64,000 nt of DNA, taken from a bacterium. GTDB taxonomy: Bacteria > SAR324 > NAC60-12. The stretch is taken from positions 864,001 to 928,000 of the forward strand of contig CBDBHR010000030.1 of the NCBI GenBank assembly GCA_965205865.1, given 5' to 3'. Below the pieces are notes generated by a model. The model saw only the letters and a program-made list of their open reading frames with translations. It was not told where the DNA came from and ran no database searches. This document shows, in pieces, positions 41,314 through 52,422 of the stretch (position 1 is its first letter; each line of letters begins with the position of its first letter). The position numbers and the translations under genes were made by a program.

Positions 41314-42333
41314 TTAACTCGGATGGGTCGGCGCATGCTCGTCCCAAATGCGCCACCAGAGCAAACGCAGTTGTTTGGCTTGGTTTCCGGTTTCTTGTGG
41401 TAGTTGTTCCGCATTGATCGGTTGCACCCCATCGTTATTGATTATGCCCACGGCAAATCGGAATGCATAGTAAGGGACGATTCCCATCCGCAAATCCGTG
41501 ATGACGACCTTATCTTCTTCTTTGCTGACCCTGTAAAACCCTTTACTGAACCATGTTAGTCGCTGCACGGCCCATTGGTTAGAAATTGGTTGCAACAAGG
41601 CAGGTTGGCTTTCAAATCGTCTCCATTGCACTTTTGTTGATTGGTCTAATAATGAATATAATCCATCATAGTAACCATTGTTCTCCATCACAATGATTCG
41701 CCACAAAAGTGAATTGAAAGGAGTCGGAGTGGAGAGAAGACGTTCATAGGAGATGTTTTGCCGTCGCAACGATTTTTCCGCCAAATCATCAATGTAAAAT
41801 TTCGCTCCGACGGTCCAGGTCAAGTAAATACAAGCAAAGGCCAAACCAATCGAATTTAAATGATTTCCGAGGGACGAGGAACGCCGCATCCACAAGGCAC
41901 ACAACAAACCGGTCAATAAGGGTATGGTAATTGCGGGGTCAATGATAAACACGGTGGACCAAGTGACCGGATGACTGGAAAAGGGTAACCAGATTTGCGT
42001 ACCATACACAGTGAAGCAATCCAACAAGGTATGAGTGTAGAAAGCTAAAATGACTAATAAACCCCAGGTCACACGATGGGAGCGAGTGTTTGGATGAATG
42101 CGAAGGATGAACCATACCAGCAATGGCATGGCAAGCGTCATGAAAAAGAAAGAGTGGCTCACACCACGGTGGTAAGTGAAATCGCTCACCGGATCTCCCA
42201 TTGAGAAGAAAACGTCCAGATCGGGAAGCGTACCACACAGCGCACCCCAAAAGGCCGCGCGTCGACCCACTTTCCGCCCTAATACTGCTTCTCCAACAGC
42301 AGCTCCGAGGGTCAATTGCGTGAATGAATCCAT
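41314..42333 (-). CDS. Membrane-bound metal-dependent hydrolase (YdjM-like)
   Basis: MDSFTQ...TLPDLD...HRGVSHS...THTLLD..T.YG. Confidence 0.9.
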   Translation of the reverse strand: MDSFTQLTLGAAVGEAVLGRKVGRRAAFWGALCGTLPDLDVFFSMGDPVSDFTYHRGVSHSFFFMTLAMPLLVWFILRIHPNTRSHRVTWGLLVILAFYTHTLLDCFTVYGTQIWLPFSSHPVTWSTVFIIDPAITIPLLTGLLCALWMRRSSSLGNHLNSIGLAFACIYLTWTVGAKFYIDDLAEKSLRRQNISYERLLSTPTPFNSLLWRIIVMENNGYYDGLYSLLDQSTKVQWRRFESQPALLQPISNQWAVQRLTWFSKGFYRVSKEEDKVVITDLRMGIVPYYAFRFAVGIINNDGVQPINAEQLPQETGNQAKQLRLLWWRIWDEHAPTHPS

Positions 42334-42721
42334 AGCGCATGAATTTTTGTTGTTTCTTTTTTGGATAAAAACCTGTTTCGTCCTATTGCAAAAAAGAACT
42401 TTGCCCAACCTCGAGTTTCAGGTGGGAACATCCTGCCAATACTGCCGTGAAGTTGAAAAGTGATGCAAAAGGTAGATTTGCGAATTCCCAAGTAAAAAAT
42501 GGAAACGGTTTATGAATCCCGCTAATTTTTAGGTAACCTATTGAATTTATTGCAATAGATGTGTGAAAGTTTTGTTGACAAAGGGGATGGAACTACTATA
42601 AATTCAATTGGCGGTAGGTGAAGTACTCCAAATATTTAATTGATAGAGGAACCGTTTCAGCCCACCATTTGTGAAGCAGTGTTCCCTTTAATTGGTAAAA
42701 AATTTAAAATCTCATACTAAC

Positions 42722-44078
42722 ATGCTTGCCATTCCCAACCAAGCGTTGATCCTCCATAGCATCTACTTAGGCGTGATTGTCGCCCTGATGCTCTCCAACA
42801 GCATGTTCGCATTCACTCTGAGAGAGACGAGCTACTGTTATTATGTAGGATTTATCGCATTTTTAGGAGGGGCGCAGACGCTGGAAAATAAGTTTTTTTA
42901 TGAGTTTTTTGGGCCAATATTATCCCCGTGGAGCCTGAAAGCCTGGCCCATCTTGATGGGTATCAGTCTCTCTTTCGCATATTTGTTTGTGCGTCGTTTT
43001 TTACGCACAAAAGAAAACCTGCCAATTTTCAATTCCTTGCTTGTCGTCCTTTTGGTGATCAGCCTGTTGACCTCTGTGATTGCTGCCATTTTTCCCCAAT
43101 GGTTCTTGTTACAGTTGATGAAAATTTTACTTCTCGTTTGGGCAGTCTTGGCAATTTATGCAGGTGTTCGACGATGGCGGCAAAACTTTCGACCTGCTCG
43201 ATTTTACCTTTTAGCCTGGATTTGCCTGGCAGTCGCGAGCTTTGAGGGATTGTCTTCAGACTCAACGGAAGCGCTAAACGTGGAAGGGATCACATGGAGC
43301 ATTTATTTGAGTTCTTTATTGGCCGTAGTTCTCTTAGCTCTTGCGTTGATAGACTGTCTCAATGCGTCCCGTCAAAAAAGCGAATCCACCTTGAGAGAAA
43401 GATTGGCTGAAGCTGAAAAAGTAATGCGTTTGACCGATATATTCAATCGTTTTGTGCCACATTCAATGATCCAATGTTTACCAAAAAAGCACATCATCGA
43501 TGTTCAGACTGGGAGACTACGTTCAGCAAGAAATGAGTGTGCTGTCAATGGAAATTCAAAATTATCCGGTGCTATCCGCAGGACTATCGCCCCCCGACAA
43601 CCTTGATTTTGTCAACCAGTTTTTAAATGAAATGGGGCCCGTTGTGCGAAACCACAATGGTTTCGTGGGGAAATATAAGGCGACTGGGATAACAGCATTT
43701 TTCCCCGATAAACCTGAAGACGCTGTTGCTGCCGGAAGGAAAATGCTGAAAAGAGTGAAACAACTCAATCAGGATAAAAAAGCAAATGATACGACTATCG
43801 AAATCGGAATCGGCGTTAATTGTGAAGTCCTCCTTCTGGGAATTGTTGGAGAAGTGGGACGCATGGAAGGGGCTGTCATCTCCGATGCGGAAATTGTAGC
43901 GGTCCATTTGCAAGCGCTGACGAAATCGTATCAACGGCCCTTTCTGATTACTGAATACACTCTTGCGGCACTGGTGGAGTCAAACAATCCGTTAATCGAA
44001 TTTGTCGACCGTGTCCGGGTGCCGGGAAAATCGAATTTGATTGATATTTTTGAAGTAAAAAAGAAACCATGGGATTAG
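42722..44078 (+). pseudogene. 7TM-DISM sensor + adenylate/guanylate cyclase-like domain, frameshifted
   Basis: Hydrophobic 7TM ORF (PARFYLLAW, FNRFVP) then LGDYVQQEMSVL...GIVGEVGRMEGAVISD in another frame; shift at ~43510. Confidence 0.8.
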
Positions 44079-44098
44079 ACTCTGGTACTTCGTTAGAA

Positions 44099-44815
44099 TC
44101 ACACTCCTAAATAACGGTGCCGAGCATCCAAATCTTCTGCGAGCAATGCCGAATCTCCCGACCATACGATGCGACCCCTCTCTAAAATATAATGATGATC
44201 GGCAAAGCGAAGGAGGGATTCGATGTGTTTGTCGATGACAAGGATTGATTGTCCGGTCTTCTTCAAGACTTCAAGACAGCGCCAGATTTCCTTGCGAATC
44301 AGAGGGGCTAAGCCTTCTGTCGCTTCGTCAAGAATGAGTAAACGGGGATTGGTCATCAAGGCGCGACCGATGGAGAGCATTTGCTGCTCCCCTCCGGAAA
44401 GTTGGTTCCCGCGATATTTTTGGCGCTGTGCCAGGATGGGAAAAATTTGCAAGACCCGTTCGAGGGTCCAGGGAGCAAGGGATCTTGTTTGAACGGAATC
44501 TCAGCGGATTCCTTGCTGTTGCCAGTAGATTTTCCTTGACTGACAAATTGGGGAAAATCTGACGTCCTTCCGGCACCAATCCCACGCCAAGTCGGGCAAT
44601 CCGGTAGGAGGGAAGGTGCTGGATTTCTCTCCCTTCCAGCAGAATTTTTCCTCGATGCGTCGGTGTCAATCCGATGATGGAGCGCACGGTTGTGGTTTTT
44701 CCCATGCCATTGCGTCCCAAAAGAGTGACAGCTTGCCCTTCTTAATTTTGAGATCGATGCCAAATAAAACCTGGCTGCTGCCATAAAACGTTTCGATTTT
44801 TTGCACTTCCAACAT
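44099..44815 (-). pseudogene. livF: Branched-chain amino acid ABC ATPase, two frameshifts
   Basis: MLEVQKIETFYG, GRNGMGKTT, LSGGEQQML, LDE in three frames. Confidence 0.8.
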
Positions 44816-45567
44816 CAGAGGACCTCATCGCCCAGATACGCGGTTCGCACGTTTTCGTTGTTACGGATTATTTCCGGGAGTCCGCTGGCAATTACTTTAC
44901 CGTAGACCAGCACGGTCAGACGGTCGGAAAGGGTAAAGACCGCATCCATATCATGCTCGACCAGCAAAATGGTATAGTCGTTTTTCAATGTCCGTAATAG
45001 TTGGATCATCCGGAGCGATTCTTCGGCTCCCATTCCGGCCAAAGGTTCATCCAGGAGCAATAAAACCGGCTCAGAGGCGAGGGTCATGGCGATTTCCAGT
45101 TGACGTTTTTCGCCATGCGCCAGATGACCTGCCAAGGTAGGCGCACGATCGGCCAATCCCACCTGATCGAGAATACGCAAAGCCGGTTCTCGCAGAGTGC
45201 GGTCCGTTTTTGCGGATTTCCAGAAATGAAAGCTGTGCCCTTGTCGAGCCTGCACTGCCAATGCCACATTGTCTTCTGCAGTCAGCGCTTCAAAAATAGA
45301 CGTGATTTGATAAGAACGAGAAATTCCCTGGCGCACCCTTTTGTGGATAGGCCAGTGGGTGATTGACTCTCCTTGAAACAACAGGCTCCCTCCATCGGGG
45401 ATCAATTCACCGGAGAGTTGGGCAATTAAAGTAGTTTTTCCGGCGCCATTGGGACCAATCACGGCGTGCAGTTTGCCTTTCTCCAGTTCCAGGGAAAGCC
45501 CGTCAATTGCTTTGAGCGCGCCAAAATTTTTACGCAACTGGCGGATTTCCAAAATGTTGTCAGCCAT
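44815..45567 (-). CDS. livG: Branched-chain amino acid ABC ATPase
   Basis: GPNGAGKTT, LLLDEP, VEHDM, YLG. Confidence 0.9.
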   Translation of the reverse strand: MADNILEIRQLRKNFGALKAIDGLSLELEKGKLHAVIGPNGAGKTTLIAQLSGELIPDGGSLLFQGESITHWPIHKRVRQGISRSYQITSIFEALTAEDNVALAVQARQGHSFHFWKSAKTDRTLREPALRILDQVGLADRAPTLAGHLAHGEKRQLEIAMTLASEPVLLLLDEPLAGMGAEESLRMIQLLRTLKNDYTILLVEHDMDAVFTLSDRLTVLVYGKVIASGLPEIIRNNENVRTAYLGDEVL

Positions 45568-46561
45568 GCTCCCTTTCCTCTTCTCCGATAAATAAGCCAT
45601 AAAGGCCGCGCTTACTGAACAAGACCACAAGGATCAGAAATGGTCCGAAATACAACATCCAATGTTCGGTATAAGCGGATAGGATTTCTTCTATGGACAA
45701 AAACGCAATTGCTCCAAACACGGCTCCAAACAGGGTGCCCATTCCCCCCAAAACAACCATGATCAATATTTCTCCGGATTGTGTCCAATGCAGGAGGTCC
45801 GGGCTGACGTATTCCAAATGGTTACTCATCAGGATCCCTGCTAAACCGGCGCCGGCCCCCGAGATTGTGAATGCCGTCAGTTTATATATGTAGGTGGGAA
45901 ACCCCAGGGTTTTCATACGCTGCTCGTTTTGTTCGCACCCTTGGAGCACCATGCCAAAGCGCGCATGAATCAATCGATGGGAGAAGAGGACAAATAGCAA
46001 CAAGAAGGCAAAGCAAATATAGTAGAAGGTCGTGTCGTTGTTGAGGTCCAAGTCGAAAAGCGTGTTACGTTCGTACATGCTCATACCATCATCGCCTCCG
46101 TAAGTTTCCAAAGAAATGAAGAAAAAGAAGAGCATTTGGGCAAAGGCCAGCGTAATCATCAAAAAGTAGACCCCGCTGGTGCGCAGGCTTAAGGCGCCAA
46201 TCACCAAGGCGAACAAAGCGGTCACCACTATGCTGACAGGCCAAGCCAGCAGCGCATCATTGCTACCTGGGATTTCGACAGGCCAACTGAGGAAGGGCGT
46301 TCCCTCCGCATAATGAAAAGCCAGAATGCCCACGCCATAAGTCCCCATTCCGAAAAAAGCAGCATGTCCCAAACTGACCATCCCTCCATATCCCAGAATC
46401 AAGTCGAGACTGACCGCGGCAATTCCATAAATAAGACAACGTCTGAAAAAGGGAATCAGATAGTTTTGATCCAGGATTTCTGCAAGCGGTGGTAAGCAGA
46501 AGAGAAAGGCGAATAAAAAGAAAAGAACAAATTTTTTACGGGTCAGTTTAAGCATTGGCAT
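45560..46561 (-). CDS. livM: Branched-chain amino acid ABC permease
   Basis: GYGGMVSLGHAAFFG, YFLMITLAFAQM. Confidence 0.9.
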   Translation of the reverse strand: MPMLKLTRKKFVLFFLFAFLFCLPPLAEILDQNYLIPFFRRCLIYGIAAVSLDLILGYGGMVSLGHAAFFGMGTYGVGILAFHYAEGTPFLSWPVEIPGSNDALLAWPVSIVVTALFALVIGALSLRTSGVYFLMITLAFAQMLFFFFISLETYGGDDGMSMYERNTLFDLDLNNDTTFYYICFAFLLLFVLFSHRLIHARFGMVLQGCEQNEQRMKTLGFPTYIYKLTAFTISGAGAGLAGILMSNHLEYVSPDLLHWTQSGEILIMVVLGGMGTLFGAVFGAIAFLSIEEILSAYTEHWMLYFGPFLILVVLFSKRGLYGLFIGEEEREHG

Positions 46562-47462
46562 GAAACAATCCGGTGGGACGCCACATCAGGACTATGGCCA
46601 TGAGAAGGTAAATAGAAACGGAAGCCAGAGCGCTACCCACGCCGTCTGCATAAGCATTGGACATGAAGAGGCGAAAGAAGGCAGGAAGAAAGGCCCGTCC
46701 CAAGGTATCCACAACTCCCACAATGAGGGCGCCCACAAAAGCGCCGCGAATCGAGCCAATACCGCCAATGACGACAACCACAAAAACCGGAATAAGGATA
46801 TTTTCTCCCATGCCTGCTTCCACCGACATGATTGGTCCGGCCATCACGCCTGCCAATCCTGCCAACATGGCACCCAAGCCAAAAACCAGAGTGTAAAGCA
46901 ATTTGATGTCGACCCCCAGGGCGCCAATCATTTCACGGTTGCTTGCGCCGGCCCGAATCAGCATTCCTGAACGAGTATGGTTGATCAAAATATAGAGAAA
47001 AACAGCCACTGCAATGCCCACTGCAATGATCGCCAAACGATAGGAAGGATAAGGCGCATCCGGCAGGAACTCGATTGCCTGAGAAAAGAGGGGGGGCGCA
47101 TCAAAGAACAAAGCGCTCCGCCCCCAAATCACCTGGACCGCCTCGTTGAAGAAGAAAATCAATCCAAACGTCACCAGCACCTGATCCAGGTGATTGCGTT
47201 CATAGAGCGCACGCGAAGTGAGGATTTCCACCAGTATGCCAACCAGGCCTGTTGCCAGTAGGGCCGCCAGTAAACCCAGCAGGAAATTACCGCTGAGATT
47301 GCTCACCGTAGCGGCTACAAAAGCCCCAATCATATAAAAAGAACCATGAGCCAGATTGATCAGATTCATGATTCCAAAAACCAGGGTTAAGCCGGCAGCC
47401 ATTAAAAACAGCATCACTCCCAGTTGCGCGCCGTTCAGAATTTGTTCAAGCAACAACCACAT
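46548..47462 (-). CDS. livH: Branched-chain amino acid ABC permease
   Basis: GLTLVFGIMNLINLAHG, VVIGGIGSI. Confidence 0.9.
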   Translation of the reverse strand: MWLLLEQILNGAQLGVMLFLMAAGLTLVFGIMNLINLAHGSFYMIGAFVAATVSNLSGNFLLGLLAALLATGLVGILVEILTSRALYERNHLDQVLVTFGLIFFFNEAVQVIWGRSALFFDAPPLFSQAIEFLPDAPYPSYRLAIIAVGIAVAVFLYILINHTRSGMLIRAGASNREMIGALGVDIKLLYTLVFGLGAMLAGLAGVMAGPIMSVEAGMGENILIPVFVVVVIGGIGSIRGAFVGALIVGVVDTLGRAFLPAFFRLFMSNAYADGVGSALASVSIYLLMAIVLMWRPTGLFHANA

Positions 47463-47467
47463 GTGAA

Positions 47468-48646
47468 TTATAACTCACAATCTCTGGCATAGGCATCCAC
47501 ATGGTTGGTAAAAACTTTTTCAATCGTTTTGTTTGTCAGGCTACCGTCCGCTTTTTTGAAAACTTGACGGAGGTAGAAATCCTGGACAGGATGCTGATTT
47601 TTGCCAAACATGAAATTGCCGCGAACTGATTCGAAATCCGCATTTCTCAGTGCTTCCCGCAGACTGTCCGTGTCCGATACATCGCCATTGAGCGCTTTGA
47701 GAGCGCTGGCGATCAGCAGAGCCGCGTCGTAACCCTGGCTGGCATAGACGGTCGGATACTTGCCGTGTTTTTTACGATAGGCATGCACGAATTGGCGACT
47801 GCTGGGGTTATCAAAGTCGTGATTCCAATGAGTCGTATTATAGAATCCTACCGTCACTTCTCCAATCGCTTTGAGGATGCGTTCATCAAACGACCAGGCG
47901 GGACCGTAGACATTTATTTCTTTATGCAATCCTGCTTGTATGAATTGCTTCATGAAGTTGATACCCATGCCGCCAGGCAGAAAGAAAAAAATGCCTTTGG
48001 GCTTCGCGGCGCGCAAGTTGGAGATTTCTGCGGCATAATCGGATTGTCCCAATTTGACATAGACCTCTCCGCTAACCGACCCTTTGTAAAAACGCTTGAA
48101 TCCGGCAATCATATCCTTTCCTGCCTGGTAATTGACCGAAAGCAGGTAGGTGTCTTCTTTGCCCTTCGTCGTTAAATAATTCCCCATCGCCTCAGGTATG
48201 CCATCGTTCTGCCAGGAGACGTTGAAATAATTTTTATCACAACCTTTGCCGGCAAACTTGGAAGAGCCTGCATTGGGGCTGATAAAGATTTTTCCCTTGC
48301 GGGTTACTTTTGGAACTACGGCATTGAGGACGTTGCTGAAAATGATGCCCGTAACGATATCGACTTTATCACGATTTATGAAGCGCTCGGCAATTTCGAT
48401 GCCTTTTTGCGGTTTTCGGTTGTCATCCTCCACCAATAGTTTGATTTCGATGCCACCGAGGGCGCCTCCTTCTTTCTCCATCGCCAGTATGAAGCCATCT
48501 CGCACTTCCTCGCCCAAATATCCGGATCCCGTGGAGAGCGTTGTGATCATTCCGATTTTAACGGGGGCGGCCGTCAACAGGCTGGAACTGAAAAAGATTC
48601 CACAGACTGCAACCATAAATGATAAATAAATTTTTATTTTTTTCAT
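47468..48646 (-). CDS. Liv-type (PBP1) ABC substrate-binding protein
   Basis: Signal peptide, VKIGMITTLS, EDD, QGYDAA. Confidence 0.9.
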   Translation of the reverse strand: MKKIKIYLSFMVAVCGIFFSSSLLTAAPVKIGMITTLSTGSGYLGEEVRDGFILAMEKEGGALGGIEIKLLVEDDNRKPQKGIEIAERFINRDKVDIVTGIIFSNVLNAVVPKVTRKGKIFISPNAGSSKFAGKGCDKNYFNVSWQNDGIPEAMGNYLTTKGKEDTYLLSVNYQAGKDMIAGFKRFYKGSVSGEVYVKLGQSDYAAEISNLRAAKPKGIFFFLPGGMGINFMKQFIQAGLHKEINVYGPAWSFDERILKAIGEVTVGFYNTTHWNHDFDNPSSRQFVHAYRKKHGKYPTVYASQGYDAALLIASALKALNGDVSDTDSLREALRNADFESVRGNFMFGKNQHPVQDFYLRQVFKKADGSLTNKTIEKVFTNHVDAYARDCEL

Positions 48647-49224
48647 GAAAACTCCCGGGAAAATGTCTCCGCGGCAACCCTTTGCAACCGCAACTGCGTG
48701 GTCGGATAAAATAATTTTCCCTGTCCTTCCTATACCAGGGTCGCAAGTTTCGAAACAACGAGGCCACGTAAATTTCATGATATTGGTTTCTGTGGTTGAG
48801 AAACAAGCTTTTTTTCTCGTAGCTGGCCGGTGATATTTTCAGCCTCATCGGAGAGGAGGAAGGCCAACATTTTGTTCCGACGCAGGATTGGGGACTGCCA
48901 CGTCTGCAGACGTACATTTCCGCGGCAATTGCTGTATCACTCTTGTCGCCACCCTCAGTCACTCGGATCCTGCAGGTATTGTCCTCAGTTGGATGCAAGA
49001 AAATATTCCATGTTGCTGCAGCCAGCTTTGAAAAATATCGCTACGTAATCTGAGTTCGATATAAATCTTCAATAATATGAGTATCCTAGCGTATATTTCA
49101 TCCTCAGATCGATGAACAACTCTTGCGCTTAAAACAATTTCTTATTACCAATACGCAAGTCCGACCCCATTTCTATAAATCTTTTGTTTTGAATAAAAAA
49201 TATTTGAAAATTTTTGTAATTTGC

Positions 49225-49252
49225 TTGCTTTTATAAATATATACTTTATGAT
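49225..49252 (+). promoter_or_regulatory. Putative sigma70 promoter
   Basis: TTGCTT-N16-TATGAT with AT-rich upstream, directly before the structured element. Confidence 0.45.
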
Positions 49253-49256
49253 GTAG

Positions 49257-49550
49257 GTGCTCTAATCAAAATAGAGCAAGAGGCCAGGACGGGAATCAAA
49301 CCCGTATGTCAGATATTGCTAGTATCTGATCCTACCTTTGGATACCTGGCCATGTAGAAGTGTTTTGGCGCTGTTACTCTCACGGCCTCTAGAGTCAAGC
49401 TAGAGAAGGCAAACGGAATTGGGACTCCGTCTTGTCTGCCAATTATTTCACTTCTACGGCAGTTTGTCTCTGAGCGTATGCTTATTTCGCCACAGAGACA
49501 ATTAGTATAGAGCGGAGTAAGGGATAAAATTCTATCCCTCTCCGCCTATC
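49257..49550 (+). ncRNA. Unannotated multi-domain structured RNA candidate
   Basis: Five consecutive helical domains, no ORF; G-U pairs favour + strand. Confidence 0.55.
49281..49351 (-). tRNA. tRNA-like cloverleaf (anticodon AGC, U discriminator, TTTGATT T-loop); probably not a canonical tRNA
   Basis: GGCCAGG/CCTGGCC, ATCC/GGAT, AGATA-CTAGCAA-TATCT, ACGGG-TTTGATT-CCCGT; no CCA. Confidence 0.5.
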
Positions 49551-50154
49551 TCATTTTAATCTAATTGGTTTGGGGTCACTCATTAGAGGAATAGCCAAGA
49601 AAAAAAACACTTTTCCGTCCATAAATCAGGGTGACCGATTTGCGTGTAGTCCTCAGCATTTGGCACTACAATTTTTGATAAACGCACCATTTATTTCAAG
49701 AGTTTGAGTCATTCCTTCAAAATGGATCAAAGGAACGCTCCAGTCACTCATCAGGATCAAGGAGTGGGCCGATCTTCAGGTCCGACTCCCCTGGCAAAAT
49801 AATTTGCCCTGGAAAAACATATGTACCTTGTTGTGTCCAATGGTTTGTACAGGCTTTTGGCTCACGGTTCCGTCCGCGTCCATCCCCTTGATGGCTCACC
49901 GCAAGGGCGTTCGAAAATTGTATTGCTTTCATCTGAGGGGTTGGAGACCGCTTTCCAATCAGGCTAATGGCTCGTTGGAAGGTGGTCAGGCCTTTAATTA
50001 AATAAAAAGGAAGCAAAAAAACAAGACTCGTTCCTAATCAAATAATCAAAGGCCTGACCCCCTCTTAAGAACACATTAGAGGATTCCTCCATTTGTCAAG
50101 GGACCGTATTTGAACCGATACTTGCACTGGGGAGCACAACTCGTTTTGATACAA

Positions 50155-52413
50155 ATGGCAAAAAAATCGAAGCAACACAAGAACGTCCATTATCTGGCAC
50201 ATGTTCGTCAAGAGGATGACCACTTCATTCCACACGACCTGGACGAACACTTACGTGGAGTAAGTAAACGAGCAGAAGAGTACGCTCGTGTCTTTGGCAG
50301 CGGAGATTGGGCACAGGTAGCAGGATTGTGGCATGACCTGGGAAAATACAGTGCGGAATTTCAGCAGCGTATCAAGTCAGTGTCTGGTTATGAACCCGAA
50401 GCACATCTTGAAGGTCAGAGTGGTCGAGTTGATCATTCGACCGCTGGGGCACAGTACGCGATTGCGCAATTCGGGTTGCATGGACGGATCTTGGCTTACC
50501 TCATTGCTGGTCATCATACGGGATTGCCGGATTGGCAGTCCAGCGATACTGCCGGTGCGGCGTTAAAAGCAAGACTAGATGATGGCAGACACTTAGAACG
50601 AGCACTAAATCAACCGATTCCTCCTGAGATTCTTTTGCAGCCTAAACCTGATAGCATCCTGCTGGGCAAAGCCAAAGGCTTCACCTTGTGGATACGCATG
50701 TTGTTTTCATGTTTAGTTGACGCAGATTTTTTAGATACCAAAGCGTTCATGGACGCGGACAAGACTGCGCAACGTATAGATACTCTGAGGGTCCAAGAGT
50801 TGTTATCATGTTTCAATACCTACATGGAGAGAAATTTTTCAGAGGTTCCGCAGACGTGCGTGAACTGTACCCGCACCAACGTGCTTCGTCAGTGTCGGGA
50901 CAAATCGCACGAATCACCAGGACTGTTTTCGTTGACAGTTCCTACTGGTGGTGGCAAAACGTTGTCGAGTCTCGCCTTTGCTTTAGAGCATGCTAAACAC
51001 CATGGTAAACGGCGGGTGATTTATGCCATTCCGTATACCAGCATTATCGAACAGACTGCAAACTTTTTCCGCGAAATATTTTCTAATGCTGTCGTTGAAC
51101 ACCATAGTAACCTCGATCCCGAAAAGGAAATGGTGAAAAGCCGCTTGGCAGCAGAGAATTGGGATGCGCCATTGATCGTCACCACCAACGTTCAGTTCTT
51201 CGAGTCGCTTTTTGCCTCTAAAACCAGCCGTTGCCGCAAGTTGCATAACATCGCTGATAGTGTGGTGGTCCTGGACGAGGCTCAACTTCTACCGCCTGAG
51301 TTTTTACAGCCAATTCTCGACGTGATGAATCTACTAGTGCACTATTACGGTGTTACCTTTGTATTATCAACTGCAACCCAACCTGCGTTGAGCACGCTTC
51401 AAACTTTCCAACGTACACTTCGAGGTCTTGAGCAAGTGCGCGAAATCATTGACAACCTGGATACTCTGGATCATGACCTGGAACGCGTTACCGTTTCAAT
51501 GCCGAAAAACTTCCGAAAAACGCAGGAGTGGAACGATATTGCACAGCAGATTCAGCAGCACCCTTCTGTATTGGCAGTGGTTAACTCTCGTTCCGATGCA
51601 CGTGAATTGCACCGGCGGATGCCTGAGGATACGGTGCACTTGTCAGCCCTCATGTGTGGAGAGCATCGCTCACGCATTATCGCCGATGTGAAACAGAGGT
51701 TGTGTGTAGGAAAGGTGCGTGTGGTTAGTACGCAATTGGTAGAAGCCGGCGTGGACTTGGATTTTCCCGTGGTATACCGAGCCCTTGCCGGCCTGGACTC
51801 AATTGCCCAAGCGGCTGGAAGGTGTAATCGCGAAGGTAATCTGAAAGATCGCGAAGGTAATCTGAAAAGGGGTCAAGTTTTTGTATTTATACCGCCTAAA
51901 CCCCCCCCACCCGGAATTTTTCGGCATGCGGCAGACACGACCGTTTCGTTGTTGACAATGAATCCCGACAATCCACTAGAACGGGGTTTATTTCGAAGTT
52001 ACTTCCAGCATTTCTACAAGGGTACTGCATCTCTCGATAAACATGATATAACCAGATTGCTGACACCACAGGGAGACAACGACGATCCATTGAAAGTCCA
52101 GTTTCGCACTGCTGCTTATCGTTTTCAATTAATCGACGACTCGGGCTATCGCAGTATAATTGTGCAATATGGCAGCAGTCCTGCATTAATCTGTCGCTTG
52201 CAGAAAGAAGGTCCGGAACGTTGGCTCATGCGCAAGCTCCAGCGCTACACCGTATCGCTGCCAGAATATCAGTTTCGGAAATTGCTGAGCAACAGCGATG
52301 TGGATGAAATCTATCCCGGCATGTTCGCACAAACTTCGGATGTTCTGTATCACCCAGTAATAGGGGTTTTGGTCGATGACACGAACCTTGATCCAAACGT
52401 TTTGATCAGTTAG
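50155..52413 (+). CDS. cas3: Cas3 HD nuclease/helicase
   Basis: HDLGK, VPTGGGKT, LDEAQ, STATQP, STQLVEAGVD, QAAGRCNR. Confidence 0.97.
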   Translation: MAKKSKQHKNVHYLAHVRQEDDHFIPHDLDEHLRGVSKRAEEYARVFGSGDWAQVAGLWHDLGKYSAEFQQRIKSVSGYEPEAHLEGQSGRVDHSTAGAQYAIAQFGLHGRILAYLIAGHHTGLPDWQSSDTAGAALKARLDDGRHLERALNQPIPPEILLQPKPDSILLGKAKGFTLWIRMLFSCLVDADFLDTKAFMDADKTAQRIDTLRVQELLSCFNTYMERNFSEVPQTCVNCTRTNVLRQCRDKSHESPGLFSLTVPTGGGKTLSSLAFALEHAKHHGKRRVIYAIPYTSIIEQTANFFREIFSNAVVEHHSNLDPEKEMVKSRLAAENWDAPLIVTTNVQFFESLFASKTSRCRKLHNIADSVVVLDEAQLLPPEFLQPILDVMNLLVHYYGVTFVLSTATQPALSTLQTFQRTLRGLEQVREIIDNLDTLDHDLERVTVSMPKNFRKTQEWNDIAQQIQQHPSVLAVVNSRSDARELHRRMPEDTVHLSALMCGEHRSRIIADVKQRLCVGKVRVVSTQLVEAGVDLDFPVVYRALAGLDSIAQAAGRCNREGNLKDREGNLKRGQVFVFIPPKPPPPGIFRHAADTTVSLLTMNPDNPLERGLFRSYFQHFYKGTASLDKHDITRLLTPQGDNDDPLKVQFRTAAYRFQLIDDSGYRSIIVQYGSSPALICRLQKEGPERWLMRKLQRYTVSLPEYQFRKLLSNSDVDEIYPGMFAQTSDVLYHPVIGVLVDDTNLDPNVLIS

Positions 52414-52422
52414 GAAAGGGTA

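Noticed and set aside
42610-42690. M-box riboswitch (GGTAGGTGAAG start)
   Set aside because: Downstream conserved elements not found
49281-49351. Canonical functional tRNA-Ala(AGC) gene
   Set aside because: Lacks G3-U70 Ala identity pair, TTC in T-loop and CCA; kept only as tRNA-like
49860-49950. Degenerate CRISPR repeats (CreA-like) upstream of cas3
   Set aside because: Only weak similarity (TGAGGGGTTGGAGAC vs TGAGGATTGAAAC); no convincing repeat pair by eye
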